A stretch of 64,000 nt of DNA from positions 4,072 through 68,071 of the forward strand of contig JAGLVB010000012.1 in assembly GCA_023134135.1 (NCBI GenBank), in the 5' to 3' direction. Both the position numbers and the translations under genes were made by a program. The notes below the pieces were generated by a model. That model was not told where the DNA came from. It ran no database searches and saw only the letters and a list, made by a program, of their open reading frames with translations. The stretch is from Candidatus Aenigmatarchaeota archaeon (GTDB lineage: Archaea; Aenigmatarchaeota; Aenigmatarchaeia; QMZS01). Of this stretch, positions 56,240 to 64,000 are shown in pieces. Positions within the stretch are counted from its first letter, which is position 1; each line of letters begins with the position of its first letter.

Positions 56240-56908
56240 TTATTCCTTCTTGATAATCTGAAATTCAATTGCCTTTTTGTCAAATTTTCCGAATTTCTTT
56301 TCTCCCGCTTCCATTGCAGCAACCGCAAGTTTCCTTGCGTTTTCTTCATTCATTCCATCTTTGTAATTTTTCTTAAGATACTCCTGCGCTTCTTTTTCTC
56401 CCCTTCCTGCCGCCTTGGCTTTCCACCTATTAAGGTCGCCTGAAGGTTTGATTATATACAATGTTGGTTCATTGTTTACTCCGCCCAATAAAATAGACAC
56501 CCCATAAGGTCTTGCTCCCGCAAACTGCGTAAGCAACTGCATCCTGTCAGCGGCTTTTTTTGCAAGAACAAATATATCTATCGGTTCTCCATAAGTCAGT
56601 TTGTTTATCTGCGCCTGCACTCTCAGGAAATCAATTAAAAGTCTTGCGTCTCCTGTGAAACCGCATGCCGCAGCGATAATATGTCCGTCTATCTTTGAAA
56701 CTTTTGTTGATTTAGAGGGTAATTGCAACTTGCCTGAAGTGGAATATGCGGCAAGGACAACTCCGTCCTTAAACGCAACACCAACATTTGTTTTCCCGAG
56801 TTTAACTGCCTGCAAAGCGTATTCAACCTGATAAATTCTGCCTTCAGGAGAAAATACTACTGTAGCGCGGTCATAACCCATTTGCGCGGGAACTTCTGCT
56901 TCTGTCAT
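56240..56908 (-). CDS. psmA: proteasome subunit alpha
   Basis: YDRATVVFSPEGRIYQVEYALQAV alpha-subunit signature. Confidence 0.9.
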   Translation of the reverse strand: MTEAEVPAQMGYDRATVVFSPEGRIYQVEYALQAVKLGKTNVGVAFKDGVVLAAYSTSGKLQLPSKSTKVSKIDGHIIAAACGFTGDARLLIDFLRVQAQINKLTYGEPIDIFVLAKKAADRMQLLTQFAGARPYGVSILLGGVNNEPTLYIIKPSGDLNRWKAKAAGRGEKEAQEYLKKNYKDGMNEENARKLAVAAMEAGEKKFGKFDKKAIEFQIIKKE

Positions 56909-56933
56909 AATATTGATTAAATATAATAAATAA

Positions 56934-57470
56934 TTAAACTAATCCTTTAGTTAATAATTCTCTATAAACAGGTCCGGAAGGACTTAATTTACTTTCCATT
57001 AATTCAAAATTGGAAACACTAAAATTATCTTCAAATTTAATTTCTTTCATTTTATCCAAAAATTCTTTTTTGTCTTTTATAGATTTCACTCTTGCGATTG
57101 TGAAATGGGGTTCATAATTTTTCTCAGGTTTGAACCCATATTTTTCAAGTTTCTGGTCAATCTGTTTTTGCAATTCTATTAGCTCATTTCTTCCATTTTC
57201 AATCCCTAACCATACAACTTTAATGAAACTTTCATTTGGGAAAAATCCCATATTTTTGAGGGAAACCTCAAATTTCACGCAATCAACTGTTTTTAAAATC
57301 TGCATGATTTCCTCAACCTTTTTCTCATTCACATCCCCTAAAAATTTCAGAGTTAAATGCAGATTTTGTTTCCCCACTTTTCTTATGCCTTTTTCCTGAA
57401 ATTCTTTTGTCATCTCTAAAATTTTATCTTTGATTCTGTCAGGCAGGTTTATTGCAATAAAGGCTCTCAT
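56934..57470 (-). CDS. thpR: RNA 2',3'-cyclic phosphodiesterase (2H family, ThpR/LigT)
   Basis: Two HxT motifs: HLTLKFLG and HFTIAR. Confidence 0.85.
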   Translation of the reverse strand: MRAFIAINLPDRIKDKILEMTKEFQEKGIRKVGKQNLHLTLKFLGDVNEKKVEEIMQILKTVDCVKFEVSLKNMGFFPNESFIKVVWLGIENGRNELIELQKQIDQKLEKYGFKPEKNYEPHFTIARVKSIKDKKEFLDKMKEIKFEDNFSVSNFELMESKLSPSGPVYRELLTKGLV

Positions 57471-57479
57471 AATTAGTAC

Positions 57480-57821
57480 TTAAGAAAAATCAAGATGAGA
57501 TATCCGTGAAGCTAAAATTCCGAGCTTACTTGGTCTTAATCCATCATAATTATTTCCATAGAAGTCAAACCAAGCATTATAATCAGACTGAGAATGTGTT
57601 GCAATTTCCATGGTTTTATCATTCATTGACTTAATTTCTGCATCAAAGTGATTTGATTGCCCTTGATTGTATCCCTTAATACTTTTTTTAACAATATCTG
57701 ATTCTACACAAATTGGGTATCTCCCATCAAATCTTAATCTATATACCTTCATAGTATAGTTAATTTTTATAATATTTAATTGTTTTTGGTTGAGTATTTT
57801 AGATAAATTATCTTTTTTCAA
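57480..57821 (-). CDS. hypothetical protein
   Basis: 113-aa ORF. The start is uncertain, with an alternative Met at 57752. Confidence 0.4.
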   Translation of the reverse strand: MKKDNLSKILNQKQLNIIKINYTMKVYRLRFDGRYPICVESDIVKKSIKGYNQGQSNHFDAEIKSMNDKTMEIATHSQSDYNAWFDFYGNNYDGLRPSKLGILASRISHLDFS

Positions 57822-58386
57822 GAATGTATAAATATTTCAGATAAAGTTTATTTTTGATTCCTTTCTGATAAGGTAAAATAATCCGCTTCCTAATTCTAAA
57901 ATATTTCTCCGCAACTTTCTTAACTTCTTCTTCGGTTCTGTAATGATGCTGAAAAAAATCTTTTCTTCCGGTCTTCAGGAATAAATATAAATCATACAAA
58001 TTGCTCAATAATAGATTTCCTGTTAAAAATTTGTCAACAATTATAAATTTGCCCCCAGTCTTCAAAATTCTGCTGGATTCATAAAGCACTGAATTTATGT
58101 CTTTTACGTGGTGCAAACCCATCTTGATAATTACCAAATCATATTCTCCGGATTTTAAGGGAATCTTTGAAATATTTTCACTCATTATTTTTACCTTTTT
58201 GTCCTTCCTGAATTTTTCTTTACAAAGAGCAATCCTTTCTTCTGAAAGCTCAATACCAATTATCTCTTTTACTTCTGATTTAAGTTTTTGGATTATATCG
58301 CCTCGTCCACAGCACAATTCCACAACTTTTTTATTCTTGGCTAAACTGTGAATTCTATTGTCCATATCAAATCTATTGCTATCCAT
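57808..58386 (-). CDS. class I SAM-dependent methyltransferase
   Basis: Motif I VVELCCGRGD and post-I IGIELS, then LVIIKMGLHHV. Confidence 0.8.
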   Translation of the reverse strand: MDSNRFDMDNRIHSLAKNKKVVELCCGRGDIIQKLKSEVKEIIGIELSEERIALCKEKFRKDKKVKIMSENISKIPLKSGEYDLVIIKMGLHHVKDINSVLYESSRILKTGGKFIIVDKFLTGNLLLSNLYDLYLFLKTGRKDFFQHHYRTEEEVKKVAEKYFRIRKRIILPYQKGIKNKLYLKYLYILEKR

Positions 58387-58391
58387 AATTT

Positions 58392-59033
58392 ATGGAACCC
58401 AAAGAAAGAATTAAGGAAATAATCAGAATCCTGCAGAAAAAGTATAACACAGAAGTTAAAAGAGGAGAGCCCTTTAAGATACTTGTAAGTGTTGTATTAT
58501 CGCAGAGAACTCGGGATGAAGTAACTGAATTGGCTTCGGAAAAATTATTCAAAGTAGCGGATACTCCGGAAAAGATTCTTAAATTAAGTGACAAAGAAAT
58601 AGAGGATTTAATTTATCCTGTGGGATTCTACAAGCAAAAAGCCCGGGGAATAAAGAAACTTTCAAAAGAACTGCTGGATAATTACAATGGAAAAGTTCCA
58701 GACAATCTTGAAGAACTGGTAAAACTCCACGGTGTTGGGGATAAAACCGCTTCCTGTGTCCTGCTCTTTGGGTTTAACAAAAATACAATCCCTGTGGATA
58801 CTCATGTTAATAGGATTTCAAAGAGACTTGAATGGGTTGATGAAACCCTAACTCCGGAAAAAGTAAGAATGGAACTTGAAAAAATCCTGAAAGGAGATGA
58901 ACGGGATATTGTTAATCAATTATTCATTCAGTTCGGGAGAGATATTTGCAAGCCAATAGGTCCGAAATGCGCGAACTGTCCTATTGAGAAATATTGCAAC
59001 CATCCTGAAATAATATCAAAAAATATTGATTGA
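58392..59033 (+). CDS. nth: endonuclease III
   Basis: LVSVVLSQRTRDE, HhH LHGVGDKTASCVL, VDTHV, and Fe-S cluster CKPIGPKCANCPIEKYC. Confidence 0.9.
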   Translation: MEPKERIKEIIRILQKKYNTEVKRGEPFKILVSVVLSQRTRDEVTELASEKLFKVADTPEKILKLSDKEIEDLIYPVGFYKQKARGIKKLSKELLDNYNGKVPDNLEELVKLHGVGDKTASCVLLFGFNKNTIPVDTHVNRISKRLEWVDETLTPEKVRMELEKILKGDERDIVNQLFIQFGRDICKPIGPKCANCPIEKYCNHPEIISKNID

Positions 59034-59115
59034 AATTTGTACTTACTGCGGAATGATACTTTAAATACAATATTTATATGGAACTAAAAATGAGGTTGGT
59101 CTAGAACAAACACAT

Positions 59116-59817
59116 TTATTTTACCAAAATTTCATTTTTACTTTTTTCAAAAAAATTTAAAAGAATTGGTTCAATGAATTCATTAAGGTAAGAAATATTT
59201 TTGAATATGTCTTGTTCTTCATATTCTTGTTCACCTTTTCTTACATTAAATGCCTTTTCAACAAGCTTTTGATATTCACCAATATTCAACTTCCTGGAAC
59301 TATTTAATACATTCTCAAAACCGATTGGAAAAACTCTGAGTTGCAATATCTCTAAATCTCTCGTAGCAAATAAACACGATTTGTAAAATTCATAAGAAGC
59401 AGTTTTTTTATCCCCATTTCTATTGGAATGCATAGATGCAAAAGCATAGCCTAAATTAAATCTCAAATCCTGAATCAAGTCGATTATGTTTATTTGCGGA
59501 GCTTTCATTTTTTCTATAACTTTTTCACCAGAAAGAGTTTTTCCTGCTAAAATCAATTCACGCAAATAGATTTTCTTTTGAAAAGGAGTATCTATTTTTC
59601 CATATAAAAATTCTTCATATTCAAAAGGGTAAATATTGAATCCCTCTTTACTAATAACCTTTTTAATCTCACTTCTTCTAACACAATTATCTTTTGAAAA
59701 AAGAACACCAATTTCAAAATCGCTTTTTTCTGTAAAATCATTTCTTGCTCTTGAGCCATATAAAAATATTGAAATTGGGTTAAATTGTTTATTAAGCAAA
59801 TTGATAACTTCTTCCAT
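59116..59817 (-). CDS. nucleotidyltransferase-domain protein with helical C-terminal domain
   Basis: LYGSRARNDFTEKSDFEIGVLF NTase signature. The C-terminal ~130 aa are helical and possibly HEPN-like, unverified. Confidence 0.65.
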   Translation of the reverse strand: MEEVINLLNKQFNPISIFLYGSRARNDFTEKSDFEIGVLFSKDNCVRRSEIKKVISKEGFNIYPFEYEEFLYGKIDTPFQKKIYLRELILAGKTLSGEKVIEKMKAPQINIIDLIQDLRFNLGYAFASMHSNRNGDKKTASYEFYKSCLFATRDLEILQLRVFPIGFENVLNSSRKLNIGEYQKLVEKAFNVRKGEQEYEEQDIFKNISYLNEFIEPILLNFFEKSKNEILVK

Positions 59818-59875
59818 AAATTATGTAAAATTTAATTTGTTTAAATACCGCAAAAGTCAAGTTAAGATTTCAAAC

Positions 59876-60733
59876 TCAATCACCAAGAAGTCTCTTCTTC
59901 GAAACCTCCCTTGAAAGTTCATCAAGCAAATCCGAAGCAAGCATACTGTCCCCAAAATTCCTTCCCGCCAGTTCTCCTGCTTTTCCATTAAGATGTGCTG
60001 CGCAACAGGCTGCTTCAAAACAACCAACCCCTTTTGCAAGAAGAGCTCCTGTAACACCCGCAAGAACATCTCCGGTACCTCCTTTTGTCATATAAGGAGA
60101 GCCGGTTTTATTTAAATAAACCTGAGTTCCATCTGAAATTATATCCACATAACCTTTCAACAAAATTGTTGTTCCTAAGTTCTCAGCGAATTTCTTCACT
60201 TGCTTTTCTCTTTCTTTTAACATTCCTGAAACTTCTTCCCCAGTTAGAATAAAAAATTCATAAGCGTGCGGAGTGATGATAAATTTCTTTTCTCTCAACA
60301 AATTTTCTCCCTCAGTAATCGCATGAATTGCATCAGCATCAATCACGCAAGGCAATTTTGTTTCAGATAAAAACTGACGGATTGCTTTTAAAGTATCTTT
60401 CTCCCTTCCAAGACCGCCCCCAATAACAACTGCAGTTTTGTTTTTAGAAATTTCGTGGATTTGTTTCAGGTGTTCTTTCTTCAAAAATTTTCCTTTCAGT
60501 TGATGTGTAATCAAATCAGGAGAAAAACCCGCAACAATATTTGCAGATCTTTCAGGCGCAGCAATTTCAGCCAAATCCGTGCCGCTTCTAATTGCCGCCA
60601 ATGCATTAAACGCAGGGGAACCTGAATAAATTTCAGAACCTCCAATTACCAGCACAGAACCAAAATCATATTTATGAACATCATTCTCTCTTTTCCTGTA
60701 AATTTCCTTCAGAATTTTTTTTATTTCAACCAT
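59876..60733 (-). CDS. nnrD: ADP-dependent NAD(P)H-hydrate dehydratase (YjeF C-terminal type)
   Basis: KYDFGSVLVIGGS, GGLGRE, TKGGTGDVLAG. Confidence 0.85.
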   Translation of the reverse strand: MVEIKKILKEIYRKRENDVHKYDFGSVLVIGGSEIYSGSPAFNALAAIRSGTDLAEIAAPERSANIVAGFSPDLITHQLKGKFLKKEHLKQIHEISKNKTAVVIGGGLGREKDTLKAIRQFLSETKLPCVIDADAIHAITEGENLLREKKFIITPHAYEFFILTGEEVSGMLKEREKQVKKFAENLGTTILLKGYVDIISDGTQVYLNKTGSPYMTKGGTGDVLAGVTGALLAKGVGCFEAACCAAHLNGKAGELAGRNFGDSMLASDLLDELSREVSKKRLLGD

Positions 60734-61122
60734 TTTTTAGTTAAAAGATCTAACACCAAAATAAACAACACCAATAAAGTTGCCACAATGCCCGCAAAAT
60801 ATTCGCCCATTCCAATCATCAAACCAACAGCTGAAGTTGTCCATAGAGAAGCGGCGGTGGTTATCCCTTTTATATTTCCCTTTGAACCTATTATAGTTCC
60901 AGCTCCGATAAAACCGATCCCTGTAACAATCCCTGCTGCAATTCTTCCTGTATCCACGCCAAAAACTATTGAAGAAGCTGTGAATAAACACGCCCCTAAT
61001 GCAACCAGCATATGAGTTCTGATTCCCGCAGGTTTATGGGATTTTTCTCTTTCAATCCCGATAGTACCTCCGAGAATAATTGCAAGTAGAAATTGAACTA
61101 CAAGTTCGAGACTCATCAACAT
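60721..61122 (-). CDS. MgtC/SapB family membrane protein
   Basis: GGTIGIEREKSHKPAGIRTHMLVALGACLF. Confidence 0.8.
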   Translation of the reverse strand: MLMSLELVVQFLLAIILGGTIGIEREKSHKPAGIRTHMLVALGACLFTASSIVFGVDTGRIAAGIVTGIGFIGAGTIIGSKGNIKGITTAASLWTTSAVGLMIGMGEYFAGIVATLLVLFILVLDLLTKKWLK

Positions 61123-61146
61123 AATATTACCTAATTAATAGAATAA

Positions 61147-62169
<1,023 letters not shown>

Positions 62170-62197
62170 TTTTATTTTCTTTTGAGGGTTGGTTTAA

Positions 62198-62650
62198 TTA
62201 ATCCTTTCTATAAACTATTGAAAGATCTTTTGTGTCTGCTATCCAATCTATATTAATCCCAATATCTTCAGTTTTATAAGTATTTGGTTTATCCATAATC
62301 TTGGCTCTAACATCTTTTAAAGTATCCTCTCTTGTTATGGGCACTTCTGGTGGTTTCTGGGTTTTTATGTGATAATGCCCCTCCACAGAACCCAGCAATA
62401 TTGAAACTTCTTGAGAAGGCACTTTATAACTAATCCTAGGCCTCATTCCTCCCAGATAATCTTCGGGTTTTCCATCTTCCAGAGTAAGATGAACTAAATA
62501 ATTTTTAACAGACTCCTCGCATTTGTCGCCTATTTTAGGCATATCTAAATCTAAGTTCTTTAAGTTCTTTAATTCCTTCTCAAGAACATTCTCAAACAAT
62601 TCATGAGGTTCATACCCGCACTTATCTGCTTCCATTATATTAATCACCAC
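62198..62650 (-). CDS. hypothetical protein
   Basis: 150-aa ORF, no motif recognised. Confidence 0.45.
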   Translation of the reverse strand: MVINIMEADKCGYEPHELFENVLEKELKNLKNLDLDMPKIGDKCEESVKNYLVHLTLEDGKPEDYLGGMRPRISYKVPSQEVSILLGSVEGHYHIKTQKPPEVPITREDTLKDVRAKIMDKPNTYKTEDIGINIDWIADTKDLSIVYRKD

Positions 62651-62746
62651 TAATATATAATTATTTAAACTATTTATAACTCATTCCATTCTAATATCCA
62701 GAATTAACTCTAATAAAATTAAATAAATAATAAATCAAAAAAAAGT

Positions 62747-63064
62747 TCAACTGTATTCTCTCCATGTATTCCCGCATTTAGTACATTTATAAAATCTGGT
62801 TGGCGGCTCATCAATACTCCTTGTCTGCTGCATCCACCAGAATGCTTCTTTGTTTCCGCATTCAGGGCATAAGTTTTCTGTTGTTGGTAATTCGTCTTCT
62901 TTTCCATCTATAATTTTTATTTTATTCTCTTTGACGATTTTTTCAGTAATCTTTATTTCATTGCCTTTCTCAGATTTTTTCCCGCAACTCCTGCACACAA
63001 ATACTGTTCCTGTCTTCGTTTTCTTTGGCATCAAGATGCCCCCGCATTTATCACAAAACTCCAT
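62747..63064 (-). CDS. tfs: transcription factor S (TFIIS/RpoM-like)
   Basis: N-terminal zinc ribbon CDKCG...CRSCG and C-terminal CPECG...QTRSIDEPPTRFYKCTKCGNTW. Confidence 0.9.
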   Translation of the reverse strand: MEFCDKCGGILMPKKTKTGTVFVCRSCGKKSEKGNEIKITEKIVKENKIKIIDGKEDELPTTENLCPECGNKEAFWWMQQTRSIDEPPTRFYKCTKCGNTWREYS

Positions 63065-63066
63065 TT

Positions 63067-63522
63067 TTATATATTCAAAATTTTAAATATTAGGTACCTT
63101 GGGTAACCCAAATAAGGTATTTTCGCGTTTACCACACATAATAGCTGTTCTTCTGAAACCGGGGGGTCTATAGCATCATTATTATCCCCTTTTAGAGTAT
63201 AACAGGTCTTATCTTCAATAGGTATATGGTAAGGATTTTCTCCCCTGCAATAACTGTCATTAATTCCAATTACTCGGTGAATAATCGGATACTGCCTCAT
63301 TCCTGAGTAAATAATAACATCATTTAGTTCGGGCACTCCTCTGCTGCAGATAATCAAATCTCCCGGGTACATATAAGGCACCATTGATTCAGACACAACA
63401 ACATCTATCGGGTGCGAAGTGCCCAAAGCAACACCCACCAACTGATAAAAAATGAATACTGCAAGAACAGTAAATATAACATCCCAATACTCAAATTTTT
63501 TAAGCGTTTCCATTACATCCAT
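63067..63522 (-). CDS. signal peptidase I (archaeal/eukaryal S26B type)
   Basis: N-terminal TM helix, SESMVPYMYPGDLI catalytic Ser block, IIHRVI His block. Confidence 0.7.
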   Translation of the reverse strand: MDVMETLKKFEYWDVIFTVLAVFIFYQLVGVALGTSHPIDVVVSESMVPYMYPGDLIICSRGVPELNDVIIYSGMRQYPIIHRVIGINDSYCRGENPYHIPIEDKTCYTLKGDNNDAIDPPVSEEQLLCVVNAKIPYLGYPRYLIFKILNI

Positions 63523-63756
63523 TTTATAATTAGTGTAAATGCATATATAAGAATTAAAAAGTCTGCAGTACTTGGCAAAGTAAACATTCTATTGCTATTT
63601 TCCAGTGAAAACATTAACTAATTAAAAAACAATCCATAAGAATTAACTTAAAAAAAACATAAAATCCAATAAAAATAATATTTTCTGAAGAAAACCCCAA
63701 AAAAGAGTATTCTTAACTCTAAACATTCAAAGAATACCAAATAAAATCTATAATTT

Positions 63757-64000
63757 TCAAAAAACCGAAACCTTCTCAAAAATCACACCAAACAGTTTTG
63801 CAGTAATCACGTGCTTCCCAAAAGGCACACTTGAAAACACAGATAAACACACAAAAATATCTGCCAATAACCACAAATTATAAGTCAGTACGGCAAACAA
63901 AAAGTAAAACACCCGAATGGCATAATTCTTCGATGTTGTCTTAGCCATAAAACCCTTCTCAACCCTATATCCTGTTTCTATACTCCATCTCTTAGAATAC
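63757..64000 (-). CDS. DDE transposase (IS4/IS5-like), C-terminal part only; gene continues beyond the right edge
   Basis: Minus-strand translation from the window edge reads YSKRWSIETGYRVEKGFMAKTTSKNYAIR..., containing the YxxRxxxE signature of the third catalytic region. Confidence 0.6.
   Translation of the reverse strand, partial: YSKRWSIETGYRVEKGFMAKTTSKNYAIRVFYFLFAVLTYNLWLLADIFVCLSVFSSVPFGKHVITAKLFGVIFEKVSVF

Overview
This is a visibly AT-rich, gene-dense archaeal chromosome segment. Archaeal markers are TFB, TFS, RFC small subunit, proteasome alpha, CDC48, Pelota, a class III signal-peptide pilin, uL13/uS9 and intron-containing tRNAs. The style suggests a small-genome (DPANN-like) lineage, which is inference only.

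The centrepiece is a type I-D-like CRISPR-Cas locus (about 20285-36558, minus strand). It has a 29-repeat array, a leader, cas4-cas2, a Cas3' helicase without HD, an HD-bearing Cas10d-like large subunit, Csc2/Cas7, Csc1/Cas5, and cas1-cas6 displaced about 11 kb away. Non-cas genes are interleaved: two paralogous AAA+/PD-(D/E)XK ATPases, two wHTH proteins (one fused to a nucleotidyltransferase), two unknown genes and a toxin-antitoxin remnant.

Three dispersed copies of a ~160-bp paired-hairpin element look like one-spacer mini-arrays. Their upstream repeat ends in the same ATTGAAAT handle as the resident array. This is the most unusual signal I see.

All four tRNA genes (Thr, Ser, Ala, Ile-UAU) are interrupted, with 8 inferred introns. 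These include a conserved intron family inserted in the T-loop.

Other content:
- A HydABC-type [FeFe]-hydrogenase with rubrerythrin and desulfoferrodoxin.
- A CDC48 with a ~330-aa coiled-coil insertion.
- A DEAD-box helicase with an RGG/GYGG tail.
- A CaCA exchanger with one in-frame TGA.
- An ISAzo13-like IS inserted, with a TAAG duplication, into a radical SAM gene.
- A HEPN-MNT pair, pyrE/pyrF/upp, a class I GAPDH and DNA repair glycosylases.

All calls come from reading the sequence and the ORF translations. No database search was run.
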